DNA of 34,299 nucleotides, from contig ONSF01000040.1 of the NCBI GenBank assembly GCA_900320425.1, positions 1-34,299 on the forward strand. The letters run 5' to 3'. Below the pieces are notes generated by a model. The model was not told the origin of the DNA, ran no database searches, and saw only the letters and a program-made list of their open reading frames with translations. The DNA comes from an uncultured Eubacteriales bacterium (GTDB taxonomy: Bacteria > Bacillota_I > Bacilli_A > RF39 > UBA660). Shown here in pieces: positions 25,718 to 34,299 of this stretch. The translations under genes were made by a program, and so were the position numbers. Positions within the stretch are counted from its first letter, which is position 1. Each line of letters starts with the position of its first letter.

Positions 25718-27100
25718 ATGAACAATGAACTACTTTGGAAAAAGTGTTTAGATTCCTTAAAAAGTAGTGTTAATGCAATGGTTTATAAAACTTGGTTTAG
25801 TAAAACAAACTTAATTTCTCTTGATGAAAAAAAGGCCAAAATATTAGTTCCTTTAGAAATTCATAAAAAAAGACTAAATGATAGTTATTATGATTTAATA
25901 TCAGGAATTATAACTAAAATAACAGGTAATGTTTATGATTTGGAATTTGTTTTAGAACAAGACATAGAAAATGTTGAAAAAGAAACTTTAAATTCTCAAC
26001 TAGAACAAGTTACATTAAATATTGAAGTCCCCAGTAAATTTCATCATGAATCCAACTTAAATCCAAATTATACTTTTGAAACATTTATTGTGGGAAATAG
26101 TAATAAACTTGCACATGCCGCGGCATTTGCTGTTGCTGAAAGTCCCGGACTTACTTATAATCCTTTGTTTATTTATGGAAATTCAGGACTTGGTAAAACC
26201 CATCTAATGCAATCAATTGGTAATTATATTCAAGAAAATTCCAACAAAAAAGTTTTATATGTAACAAGTGAACAGTTTATATCTGATTTTTCTGGAATAG
26301 GAAGAAAAGAGAGTAGCGTACAAGACGAAAACTACAATTATGTTGATTATTTTAAAGATAAATATAGAAATATAGATGTTTTAATTATTGACGATATCCA
26401 ATTTCTAGCTGGTGCTACACAAACTCAACAAGAATTTTTTCATACCTTTAATACCTTATATAATGATAAAAAGCAAATTATTATTTCATCCGATCGTTCT
26501 CCAAATGATCTAAAGCTTTTGGAGGATAGACTTAGAACAAGGTTTTGTTGGGGATTAACAGTTGATATTTATCCACCAGATATGGAACTTAGAATTAATA
26601 TTCTTAAGAAAAAGATTGAGGGAAATAAAATTCAAAAAGATATTCCGAGTGATGTTCTTGAGTATATTGCTTCTAATATGGCAAGTGATGTAAGACAATT
26701 AGAAGGAGCAATAAATAGACTTCTTGCCTATTCCACTATTATGGGAGGAGCTGAAATTAATCTAAACCTTGCAATGGATGCTTTAAAAGAATTTATAAAT
26801 AAAGGCACAAGTGAAAAAACGAATATTTCAAAAGTTCAAAAAATTGTTGCCGACTTTTTTCAAATTTCTGTTGATGATTTAAAAGGAAAAAAAAGAAGTG
26901 CAAGTGTTGCTTTTCCACGACAGATAGCCATGTATTTATCGCGTGAAATATTAAATGAATCATATCAAAGAATAGGGCTTGAGTTTGGTGGAAGAGATCA
27001 TTCTACCGTAATTGCATCTTGTGAAAAGATTAAATATGATATTAAATCAACCAAAAGTATTAGAGATACAGTAGATAAAATTAAACAAAACTTAAATTAA
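25718..27100 (+). CDS. dnaA: Chromosomal replication initiator protein DnaA
   Basis: LW..CL start, NP.YTFE.F..G..N..A, Walker A GNSGLGKTHL, IDDIQFL, sensor block, and the C-terminal DNA-binding domain RQIAMYL.RE and DHSTV. Confidence 0.98.
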   Translation: MNNELLWKKCLDSLKSSVNAMVYKTWFSKTNLISLDEKKAKILVPLEIHKKRLNDSYYDLISGIITKITGNVYDLEFVLEQDIENVEKETLNSQLEQVTLNIEVPSKFHHESNLNPNYTFETFIVGNSNKLAHAAAFAVAESPGLTYNPLFIYGNSGLGKTHLMQSIGNYIQENSNKKVLYVTSEQFISDFSGIGRKESSVQDENYNYVDYFKDKYRNIDVLIIDDIQFLAGATQTQQEFFHTFNTLYNDKKQIIISSDRSPNDLKLLEDRLRTRFCWGLTVDIYPPDMELRINILKKKIEGNKIQKDIPSDVLEYIASNMASDVRQLEGAINRLLAYSTIMGGAEINLNLAMDALKEFINKGTSEKTNISKVQKIVADFFQISVDDLKGKKRSASVAFPRQIAMYLSREILNESYQRIGLEFGGRDHSTVIASCEKIKYDIKSTKSIRDTVDKIKQNLN

Positions 27101-27126
27101 CCTATATAAAATAAGGATATAAAAAG

Positions 27127-27314
27127 TTTTCCACAGTCAATTGTGGAAAACTCAAGATAAATTCAAAAGTTATAGGAATTTGTGATGAACTAAAGATTTA
27201 AAATAACATCAATTGTGGAAAACTTTAAGTTATCCACATAGTTTTCCACAATAAAAAAACTCTGGATAGACTTGATATTAAAGGATTTGATTGAGTTTTC
27301 CACAGTTTTCCACA
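27127..27314. promoter_or_regulatory. oriC DnaA-box cluster 2 (dnaA-dnaN intergenic)
   Basis: Boxes at 27127-27135, 27142-27150, 27214-27222, 27230-27238 (consensus TTATCCACA) and 27242-27250. A head-to-tail pair lies at 27296-27304 and 27306-27314. Confidence 0.9.
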
Positions 27315-27352
27315 CCATTATTATTATTAATATATATATAAAAGAAAAAAAT
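27315..27352. other. Candidate DNA unwinding element with a DnaA-trio-like (TTA)4 run
   Basis: Directly after the tandem box pair the sequence reads CC A TTA TTA TTA TTA (27318-27329), then ATATATATATAAAAGAAAAAAAT, which is almost pure A/T up to the dnaN SD. Confidence 0.6.
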
Positions 27353-27369
27353 AAAGGAGAAAAAAAATT

Positions 27370-28494
27370 ATGAAAATAACAATAAAAAAAGAAATATTAT
27401 TAGAAAATTTAAATAAGGTTGCAAAAGCAATTTCAACGAAAAACTTAGTTCCGGCTTTAGCTGGAATAAAATTTGATTTAACAAATGAAGGTTTAACTTT
27501 AACAGCAAGTGATAACGATATAACTATTCGTTCTTTTATTCCAAATAAAAATGAGGATATGAATATAGAAGAGGAAGGTAGTATTATTATCATGGGAAGA
27601 TATATTTTAGACATTGTAAGAAAACTTCCTGATAAAATGATTCATTTAGAAGTTTTTGATGAATTAAAAGTAATTATTTCAACAGAAAATAGTGAATATA
27701 ATTTAAATGGTATTAATAAATCAGAATATCCAAATATTAATTTAGAAGAAAGTAAAACTCCAGTTATTATTAACAGTAAGGTTTTTAAAGATTTAATTAA
27801 TCAAACAGCATTTGCTGCATCTACTGATGAAAGCCGTCCTCCACTTACTGGACTTAATTTTAAAATAATAGGAAATGAATTAGAATGTAACTCAACAGAT
27901 TCCTATCGTCTTGCAAGAAAAGTATTAAAATTAAATAGTATTTGTGATACAGATTATAATATAGTTATTCCAAGCAAAAATATTGTTGAGGTATCTAAGA
28001 TATTAACTGATGATGATATGGATATAGAACTTCATATTTTTAATAATAAAATATTATTTAAATATGATAATGTTTTATTTCAAAGTCGTTTAATAAATGG
28101 AAATTTTCCAAATACTGCCAATCTATTACCAAATGAAAGCATGTTAAAAATAACCGTTAATGTAGATGATTTATATAATGTAATAGATCGCGTTAGTATT
28201 TTGACAAGTGATAAAGAAAAAAATGTTGTAACTCTTGAAACCAACGGAAATACTTTAACTATGAAATCATCTAGTGTTGAAATTGGAAGAGTTGAAGAAA
28301 AAATGAATATAACAAAAGACAGAGAGGAAGATATAACTATATCATTTAGTGCAAGATATGTGATGGAAGCTTTAAAAGTATTTGAAACTAAAGAATGTGA
28401 AATATCATTTGTTGGGGAAGTAAATCCAATTATTTTTAAAGGAAAAGATCAAGAAGACTTAATTCAATTAGTTTTACCTATAAGAACCTATTAA
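27370..28494 (+). CDS. dnaN: DNA polymerase III beta sliding clamp
   Basis: 374 aa. Typical start MKITIKKE.LL..L, plus P.L.GI, FA.S.DE.RP.L.G, DS.RLA and NP..F blocks. SD AAAGGAGA precedes the ATG. Confidence 0.96.
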   Translation: MKITIKKEILLENLNKVAKAISTKNLVPALAGIKFDLTNEGLTLTASDNDITIRSFIPNKNEDMNIEEEGSIIIMGRYILDIVRKLPDKMIHLEVFDELKVIISTENSEYNLNGINKSEYPNINLEESKTPVIINSKVFKDLINQTAFAASTDESRPPLTGLNFKIIGNELECNSTDSYRLARKVLKLNSICDTDYNIVIPSKNIVEVSKILTDDDMDIELHIFNNKILFKYDNVLFQSRLINGNFPNTANLLPNESMLKITVNVDDLYNVIDRVSILTSDKEKNVVTLETNGNTLTMKSSSVEIGRVEEKMNITKDREEDITISFSARYVMEALKVFETKECEISFVGEVNPIIFKGKDQEDLIQLVLPIRTY

Positions 28495-28523
28495 TTAAAA
28501 AAAATATTAATGTTAATATTGAG

Positions 28524-28563
28524 AAAAATAAGAAAATATGAATAAAATTTTCTTATTTTTTTT
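28524..28563 (+). terminator. Candidate intrinsic terminator after dnaN
   Basis: Perfect 14-bp inverted repeat AAAAATAAGAAAAT (28524-28537) / ATTTTCTTATTTTT (28547-28560) with a 9-nt loop and then TTT. The stem is almost entirely A:T, so stability is uncertain. Confidence 0.45.
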
Positions 28564-28566
28564 ATC

Positions 28567-28596
28567 TTCGACATATTACAAAAAAATTCGACAAAA
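28567..28596 (+). promoter_or_regulatory. Two TTCGACA repeats spaced 20 bp upstream of comK; same motif as at 21184-21210
   Basis: TTCGACA occurs at 28567-28573 and 28587-28593. The 14-mer AAAATTCGACAAAA (28583-28596) is identical to the minus-strand 14-mer at 21192-21205. Confidence 0.45.
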
Positions 28597-28626
28597 CATT
28601 TTGCTATTTTAGAAAGCAAATTTAAG

Positions 28627-28648
28627 TTTTCCACCACTTTGTGGATAA
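28627..28648. promoter_or_regulatory. Inverted DnaA-box pair immediately upstream of comK
   Basis: TTTTCCACC (28627-28635, one mismatch) and a consensus TGTGGATAA (28640-28648), 35-55 nt before the likely comK start. Confidence 0.6.
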
Positions 28649-28682
28649 ATTTAAATTTAATAATTTAGTAGGGGGTGAAGTT

Positions 28683-29135
28683 GTGAACATAGATTCATAT
28701 GAAATTAATAAGGACACGTGTGCAGTTATTAATATTAATAATGAAGTATCTAAAATTATCGAAAAAAACGATGAATATTTATTACCTAAAAAAAGTTTTG
28801 AGGTAATGGAAGATAGTTGCGCTTATTATGGAAGTAGTTATGAAGGAAGACTTAAAGGAACTAAAATGATGCTAGGTTGTAATTATAAGTTGCCTATTAT
28901 TATTGAAGAATCAAATGATATAATCTTTTTTCCAACCAATGGTACAAGTAATGATAAATGTTCTTGGATATCTCTAAATCATGTTAAAAGTTATGAACCA
29001 TACGAAGGTTTTACAAAAGTTACTTTCTATGAAGGAAAAAGTATTGTTTTAAAAATGACTTGTTCTTCCTTTGAAATGCAATTATTAAGAGCCACAAGAT
29101 TACAAAATTTATTAAAAAAACGTATTGATAAGTAG
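28683..29135 (+). CDS. comK: ComK-family competence transcription factor
   Basis: Colinear with remembered B. subtilis ComK: SYE.N..T.AV, SKIIEK, C..[FY]GSSY.GR..GT, K.PI......N.I.FPT, C.WIS..HVK, T.VTF..GK, SFE.Q..R...L. The preferred start is GTG 28683, 7 nt after GGGGG. The ORF-track start at GTG 28641 has no SD and lies inside a DnaA box. Confidence 0.85.
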   Translation: MNIDSYEINKDTCAVININNEVSKIIEKNDEYLLPKKSFEVMEDSCAYYGSSYEGRLKGTKMMLGCNYKLPIIIEESNDIIFFPTNGTSNDKCSWISLNHVKSYEPYEGFTKVTFYEGKSIVLKMTCSSFEMQLLRATRLQNLLKKRIDK

Positions 29136-29156
29136 AGTTTAATAAAACTTTACTTT

Positions 29157-29165
29157 TTTTCCACA
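29157..29165. promoter_or_regulatory. Isolated perfect DnaA box (TTTTCCACA) between comK and recF
   Basis: An exact 9-mer match to the box type used throughout this oriC, 22 nt after the comK stop. Confidence 0.5.
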
Positions 29166-29220
29166 TTTATGTTAATAACTTTTAAATTATAAATAAAATG
29201 TCTAAAAATGTTATTTGGGG

Positions 29221-29248
29221 TTGTTTTAGGGTAATTTTATGATATAAT
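29221..29248 (+). promoter_or_regulatory. recF-gyrB-gyrA promoter (TTGTTT, 16 nt, TGATATAAT)
   Basis: Extended -10 TGATATAAT at 29240-29248 with a -35-like TTGTTT at 29221-29226, about 65 nt upstream of the recF ATG. Confidence 0.55.
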
Positions 29249-29313
29249 ATATAAGCAAGTATAGGTATATTACCTAATAGAAATAATTGTTTTGAAGGCT
29301 TTTGTGGTGTTTT

Positions 29314-30450
29314 ATGAGAATTAATAGTTTAAAATTAACCAATTTTAGAAATTATAAAGAGGCTTTTTTAGAGTTTTCTCCGAATATTAATATTTTTATT
29401 GGAGATAATGGCTCAGGAAAAACAAATATTTTAGAGGCTATATACGTGCTTTCATTAACAAAATCTTCAAGATATGGTATTGATAATGATTTAGTTAAGA
29501 TAGGAGAATTAAATTTAGATATTGAGGGATTAGTAAGTTATGAAGATTATGATAAAAAATATAAGATATCTATTGATAAATTTTCAAAAAGAGTATATAT
29601 AAATTCAACTCAGATAAAGAAAATATCTGATTATATATCCAAGTTTTGTGTAACTTCCTTTCTTCCAAATGATATAGATATTATAAAAGGTTCTCCTAGT
29701 ATTAGAAGAAATGTTTTAAATATTGGAATTGGAGTTTTATATAATAACTATTTAAAATACGTAAATGAATATAATAGCTTACTTAAAATTCGCAATGAAT
29801 ATTTAAAACGACTTAATGTAAATGGATTTGCTGATTCTAAATATTTAGAGGTTATTAATTCTAAAATGATTGAGATAAGTTTAAAAATTTATTTTTTTAG
29901 ATTCAATTATTTAAAGGAAATAAATTCTATTCTTCCTAATATCTATAAGAAATTAACTGGAATTAATGATATTAAAATTTTTTATGAAACTAATTTACAG
30001 ATAAGTGAGTATGATGAGGATAAAATCCGGGAAATAATGCAAAAAAAATACAAAAAAAATCTTTCTAAGGAAATGATGCAAGGCTTAACTTTAACAGGGA
30101 TTCATCGAGATGATTTAGTATTTTTAGTAAATAATCAAGATGCTAAAATTTATGCGTCTCAAGGACAACAAAGATTAATTGTTATTGCCTATAAGATAGC
30201 AGAACTTCTAGTATTTAAAAAAATAAAGAAAGAATATCCCGTTTTACTTCTTGATGATGTATTTTCAGAAATTGATATTAAAAGGAGAAATAATATTATT
30301 AAATATTTAAAAGAAGAAATTCAAGTTATTATTACAACAACAGATCTTTCTGATATAGAAGAGGATTTAGTTAGAAAAGCAAAAATATTTCGCATAAAAA
30401 ATGGGCAAATAAAAGTAAAAGGTGGTGCAAAATGCAAGAAGAAAAAGTAA
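29314..30450 (+). CDS. recF: DNA replication and repair protein RecF
   Basis: [14 protein letters not shown], Walker [16 protein letters not shown], the SMC-like signature ASQGQQR, and Walker [11 protein letters not shown]. The ATG at 29314 is preferred over the ORF-track TTG at 29302. Confidence 0.95.
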   Translation: MRINSLKLTNFRNYKEAFLEFSPNINIFIGDNGSGKTNILEAIYVLSLTKSSRYGIDNDLVKIGELNLDIEGLVSYEDYDKKYKISIDKFSKRVYINSTQIKKISDYISKFCVTSFLPNDIDIIKGSPSIRRNVLNIGIGVLYNNYLKYVNEYNSLLKIRNEYLKRLNVNGFADSKYLEVINSKMIEISLKIYFFRFNYLKEINSILPNIYKKLTGINDIKIFYETNLQISEYDEDKIREIMQKKYKKNLSKEMMQGLTLTGIHRDDLVFLVNNQDAKIYASQGQQRLIVIAYKIAELLVFKKIKKEYPVLLLDDVFSEIDIKRRNNIIKYLKEEIQVIITTTDLSDIEEDLVRKAKIFRIKNGQIKVKGGAKCKKKK

Positions 30451-32366
30451 TGGAAAGTTATGATTCCTCAGCAATTCAGGTTTTAGAAGGACTTGAAGCA
30501 GTTCGTAAAAGACCAGGAATGTATATAGGAACAACTGATGTAAAAGGACTTCATCATTTAGTTTGGGAAATAGTAGATAATTCGATTGATGAAGCTTTAG
30601 CAGGATATTGTAAAAATATTGAAATTGTAATTAATAAAGATAATTCAGTTACTGTAAAAGATGATGGAAGAGGAATACCTGTTGATATTCATCCCAAAAC
30701 TCATATATCAACTGTAGAAACTGTTTATACAGTTCTTCATGCTGGAGGAAAATTTGGTGGTGGCGGATACAAAGTATCTGGAGGACTTCATGGAGTAGGA
30801 GCAAGTGTTGTAAATGCTTTATCAAAATGGGTAGAAGTAACTGTTTATAAGAATGGAAAAATACACAAAATTCGTTTTGAAAACGGAGGTAAAACGAAAG
30901 AGCCTTTGCATGTAATTGGTGAATGTAGTGCTGATAGAACTGGTACTACAGTAACTTTTAAACCAGATCCAGATATATTTGATTCTGAGATATATGATTA
31001 TGAAACCTTAAAAACAAGAGTAAGAGAACTAGCATTTTTGAATCGGGGATTATCTATTAATATAAGAGATGATAGAGATTTAGAAGATACTACTGGAGAA
31101 ACTTTCATGTATGAAGGAGGAATCAGTGAGTATGTTCGTTTCATTAATCAAGAAAAAACTCCAATTCATGAGGATATTATTCATTTAAGTGGAGAAAAAG
31201 ATTCCGTTATGTTTGAAGTTGCCATGCAATATAATACATCATATACCTCAAATATTTATTCTTTTGTTAATAACATTAATACTCATGATGGTGGAACACA
31301 TGAAGATGGTGTTAAACGTGCTCTTACAAGAGTAATAAATAATTATGCTAGAAAGAATAATATTTTAAAAGAAAAAGACGAGAATTTAAAAGAAGATGAT
31401 GTTAAAGAAGGACTTACTATGATTATTTCTTGTAAACATCCAAATCCTCAGTTTGAAGGACAAACAAAGGGAAGACTAGGAAACTCAGAAGTTAAAAATC
31501 TTGCCGATAGTGTATTTGCAGAAGGATTTGAAAATTTCTTACTTGAAAATCCAGAAGAAGCGAGAATTATTATCAATAAAGCAATACTTGCAAGAAATGC
31601 TAGAATGGCTGCTAAGAAAGCAAGAGAAGCAACTAGAAAAAGTGATTTAGCAACCACCAACTTTTTTGGGAAATTATCTGATTGTAAAAGTAAAGATCCA
31701 ACGATTTCAGAAATTTTTATAGTCGAGGGAGATTCAGCAGGAGGTAGTGCTAAAAAAGGAAGAGATTCTATGACTCAGGCAATCTTACCTCTTCGTGGAA
31801 AAATTTTAAATGTTGAAAAAGCAAGACTTGATAGAGCTCTCGGAAATGAAGAAATTAAAACTATTATTACAGCATTTGGAACAGGAATTGGAGATTATTT
31901 TGATTTATCAAAACTTAGATACGATAAAATAATTATCATGACCGATGCCGATGTAGATGGATCTCATATTAGAGTTTTACTTTTAACTTTATTTTACCGT
32001 TTCTTTAAACCAATTGTTGAAGCTGGACATGTATATGCTGCTCAACCACCACTTTTTAGAATAATGCATGGTAAAACCAGAAAATATGTTCTAGACGAAG
32101 CAGAGAAAGAAGCTTATCTTGCGTCCCTTCCTGAAAATGTTCGTACACGTGCTGAAATTGCCCGTATGAAAGGTTTAGGAGAGATGGATGCTGAAGAGTT
32201 AAATGAAACTACCATGGATATAAATAAAAGAGTTTTAAGAAAAATTACGGTTGAAGATTGTATAGCCGCTGATGCGATTTTTGAGAAACTTATGGGTGAT
32301 GAAGTAGAACCACGTCGTGCATTTATAGAAGAAAATGCGGTTTATGTTAAGAATTTGGATATATAG
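30432..32366 (+). CDS. gyrB: DNA gyrase subunit B
   Basis: [92 protein letters not shown] lies 6 nt before the ATG. The start overlaps the recF 3' end by 19 nt. Confidence 0.98.
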   Translation: MQEEKVMESYDSSAIQVLEGLEAVRKRPGMYIGTTDVKGLHHLVWEIVDNSIDEALAGYCKNIEIVINKDNSVTVKDDGRGIPVDIHPKTHISTVETVYTVLHAGGKFGGGGYKVSGGLHGVGASVVNALSKWVEVTVYKNGKIHKIRFENGGKTKEPLHVIGECSADRTGTTVTFKPDPDIFDSEIYDYETLKTRVRELAFLNRGLSINIRDDRDLEDTTGETFMYEGGISEYVRFINQEKTPIHEDIIHLSGEKDSVMFEVAMQYNTSYTSNIYSFVNNINTHDGGTHEDGVKRALTRVINNYARKNNILKEKDENLKEDDVKEGLTMIISCKHPNPQFEGQTKGRLGNSEVKNLADSVFAEGFENFLLENPEEARIIINKAILARNARMAAKKAREATRKSDLATTNFFGKLSDCKSKDPTISEIFIVEGDSAGGSAKKGRDSMTQAILPLRGKILNVEKARLDRALGNEEIKTIITAFGTGIGDYFDLSKLRYDKIIIMTDADVDGSHIRVLLLTLFYRFFKPIVEAGHVYAAQPPLFRIMHGKTRKYVLDEAEKEAYLASLPENVRTRAEIARMKGLGEMDAEELNETTMDINKRVLRKITVEDCIAADAIFEKLMGDEVEPRRAFIEENAVYVKNLDI

Positions 32367-32376
32367 GAGGTAATGT

Positions 32377-34299
32377 ATGGATAATGATGATATAAAAGAA
32401 CTTGTAGATAGAGCTAATGAAGATAAATTTGAAAATAATCAAGAAAATACTTCAAATGTTTTAGAAGAAAAGAATAGCTTAAATGTTACCTCTGATACTA
32501 AAAATGACTTTGGCGGTACATTTCATGAATATGATAGTCATGCAAGAAACGATATTGTAAAAGAAGTTCGAGATTCATTTTTAGATTATTCCATGAGTGT
32601 TATTACATCTCGTGCAATTCCAGATCTTCGTGATGGATTAAAGCCAGTTCATAGAAGAATTTTATGGTCTATGTTTGAAGAGGGAAATACTCCTGATAAA
32701 CCTCATAGAAAGTCAGCTACAACGGTTGGATATGTAATGGGACATTATCATCCTCATGGAGATTCATCAATTTATGATGCTCTTGTAAGATTAGCTCAAG
32801 ACTTTAATCAAAGATATATGTTGGTAGATGGACACGGAAATTTTGGTAATATTGAAGGAGATGGAGCAGCTGCCTATCGTTATACAGAAGCACGTCTTGC
32901 AAAAATTTCTCTTGAGCTTTTACGTGATATTAATAAAAACACGGTAGATATGGATTTAAATTTTGATGAAACCCAATATGAACCAAAAGTCTTACCATCT
33001 AGATTTCCCAACATTTTAGTAAATGGTTCCATGGGAATTGCGGTTGGAATGGCAACCAATATTCCTCCTCATAACTTAGGTGAAGTAATTGATGGTTGTA
33101 TTGCTTATATTGATAATCCAGAAATTGATACTCAAGGAATGATGCAGTATATTAAGGGGCCAGATTTTCCAACTGGTGGAATAATTCTTGGAAATTCTGG
33201 AATAAGACAAGCTTATGAAACAGGGCGAGGAAGTATTACTATACGAAGTAAAGCTGAGATTGAAGAGCATGGAAATCATAGTAATATAATTATTACGGAA
33301 GTTCCGTATGGTGTAAATACAATGGAATTAAAGAACAAAGTAGCTGAACTTGTTCATAATAAAGTAATAGAAGGTATAAGTGATTATCATACTGATTTAA
33401 AAGATGGTGTTAAAATAACAATAACTTTAAAACGTGATGCTAATCCGCAAGTTGTCTTAAATAATTTATATAAACATACAAACTTTCAAGTTAATTATGG
33501 GATTATTTTCTTAATGCTTGATGGATTAACACCAAAAACGTTGGGACTTCGTGATATTATTTCTAAATATATAGATCATCAAAGAAGTGTTATTGTAAGA
33601 AGGACTCAATTTGATTTACAAAAAGCCGAAGAAAGAGTTCATATTTTAGAAGGACTAAAAATTGCTCTTGATAATATTGATGAAGTTGTTCATATTATTA
33701 GAAATGCTGATAGTGATGATGAAGCAAGAGAAAAATTGATGGGAAGATTTGGACTTGATGAAATTCAAGCTAATAATATTCTTGAAATGAGACTACGTCG
33801 TTTAACTGGAATGGAACGTGGAAAAGTGGAAGCAGAACTTTCTGATTTAGAATTAAAAATTGCTGATTTTAAAGATATTCTTGAAAAACCAGAAAGAGTA
33901 GATGGAATTATTAAAGAAGAAATGCTTGAAATTAAAAAGAAATATGGTGATGAAAGAAGAACTCATATAGATATGACAGCTATATCATCTATTGAAGATG
34001 AAGCTTTAATTCCGGTTGAAAATATTCTTGTTACTTTAACAAATAAAGGATATGTTAAACGAGTAAATGTTTCAGAATACCGAACTCAAAATCGAGGAGG
34101 AGTTGGAATTAAAGGAATGTCTACAAGTGATGAAGATTTTGCAACAAAAATGATTAATATGCAAACACATGATTATATATTATTCTTCTCAAATCGTGGT
34201 AAAGTTTATCGTATGAAGGGATATGAAGTTCCTGAATATGCAAGAACTGGTAAAGGACTTCCAATTATTAATTTACTTCCAATAGAAAAAGACGAACAA
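32377..34299 (+). CDS. gyrA: DNA gyrase subunit A, 3'-truncated by the window edge (absent from the ORF track because no stop is reached)
   Basis: AGGAGG lies 6 nt before the ATG at 32377, and the frame is open to nt 34299. Contains FLDYSMSVITSRAIPDLRDGLKPVHRRILW, HPHGDSSIYDALVRLAQDF, the active-site region AAYRYTEARL, and GIAVGMATNIPPHNL. Confidence 0.97.
   Translation, partial: MDNDDIKELVDRANEDKFENNQENTSNVLEEKNSLNVTSDTKNDFGGTFHEYDSHARNDIVKEVRDSFLDYSMSVITSRAIPDLRDGLKPVHRRILWSMFEEGNTPDKPHRKSATTVGYVMGHYHPHGDSSIYDALVRLAQDFNQRYMLVDGHGNFGNIEGDGAAAYRYTEARLAKISLELLRDINKNTVDMDLNFDETQYEPKVLPSRFPNILVNGSMGIAVGMATNIPPHNLGEVIDGCIAYIDNPEIDTQGMMQYIKGPDFPTGGIILGNSGIRQAYETGRGSITIRSKAEIEEHGNHSNIIITEVPYGVNTMELKNKVAELVHNKVIEGISDYHTDLKDGVKITITLKRDANPQVVLNNLYKHTNFQVNYGIIFLMLDGLTPKTLGLRDIISKYIDHQRSVIVRRTQFDLQKAEERVHILEGLKIALDNIDEVVHIIRNADSDDEAREKLMGRFGLDEIQANNILEMRLRRLTGMERGKVEAELSDLELKIADFKDILEKPERVDGIIKEEMLEIKKKYGDERRTHIDMTAISSIEDEALIPVENILVTLTNKGYVKRVNVSEYRTQNRGGVGIKGMSTSDEDFATKMINMQTHDYILFFSNRGKVYRMKGYEVPEYARTGKGLPIINLLPIEKDEQ

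Noticed and set aside
27327-27614. A 95-aa minus-strand ORF overlapping the DUE and the 5' end of dnaN.
   Set aside because: It is antisense to the well-supported dnaN, would start inside dnaN, and has no SD. It is a typical shadow ORF.
28495-28682. A B. subtilis-type ComK K-box (paired AAAA-N5-TTTT) upstream of comK, as evidence for autoregulation.
   Set aside because: A/T runs are everywhere in this DNA. I could not find two AT-boxes with the required N5 spacing and helical phasing that stand out from background. Only the TTCGACA repeats are distinctive.
28714-28721. The palindrome ACACGTGT early in comK.
   Set aside because: It is a short 8-bp palindrome inside coding sequence (KDTCAV), has no flanking symmetry, and does not recur.
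1-34299. The possibility that this is a Mollicutes-type genome using TGA as Trp, given the extreme AT content.
   Set aside because: Conserved genes (mnmE, rnpA, the noc-like gene, the radical-SAM gene) end at TGA at the expected positions. Conserved Trp residues are encoded by TGG. Cell-wall sortase and adhesin genes are present.

Overview
This window is the chromosomal replication-origin (oriC) neighbourhood of a very AT-rich Bacillota genome that uses the standard code (TGA is a stop, Trp is TGG). Gene orientation flips at about 25.4 kb.

Left of the flip, all genes except the partial radical-SAM gene at the window's left edge are on the minus strand. In transcription order these are rpmH-rnpA-yidC-jag, a 4-gene insertion, then mnmE, a small ORF, mnmG-rsmG-noc-like-parA-parB-DUF951-AbgT-ychF, a zinc-ribbon membrane protein, and a 1426-aa SPQTG-anchored adhesin with its class B sortase. 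The radical-SAM gene (TIGR01212 family, plus strand) converges on this block. Right of the flip everything is on the plus strand: dnaA-dnaN-comK-recF-gyrB-gyrA.

oriC is bipartite. Ten perfect TTTTCCACA boxes plus one TTATCAACA lie upstream of dnaA. Seven boxes lie between dnaA and dnaN and end in a tandem box pair, a (TTA)4 trio run and an AT-only unwinding element.

No rRNA, tRNA, CRISPR array or transposase was seen. The parts that are not ordinary for this conserved locus are:
1. A self-contained, promoter- and terminator-bounded insertion between jag and mnmE. It carries a translationally coupled Pol-beta nucleotidyltransferase and an alkaline-phosphatase-superfamily phosphodiesterase, plus two unknown proteins.
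2. A 10-bp-phased TTCGACAAAA direct repeat upstream of that pair, which recurs as an identical 14-mer upstream of comK.
3. A Noc/ParB paralogue interrupted by an Asn-rich linker of about 400 aa.
4. A ComK-family gene, bracketed by DnaA boxes, sitting where yaaA normally lies between dnaN and recF.
5. Orphan ORFs embedded between mnmE and mnmG and between rpmH and oriC.

All calls come from reading the sequence and from remembered family motifs. No database search was run.
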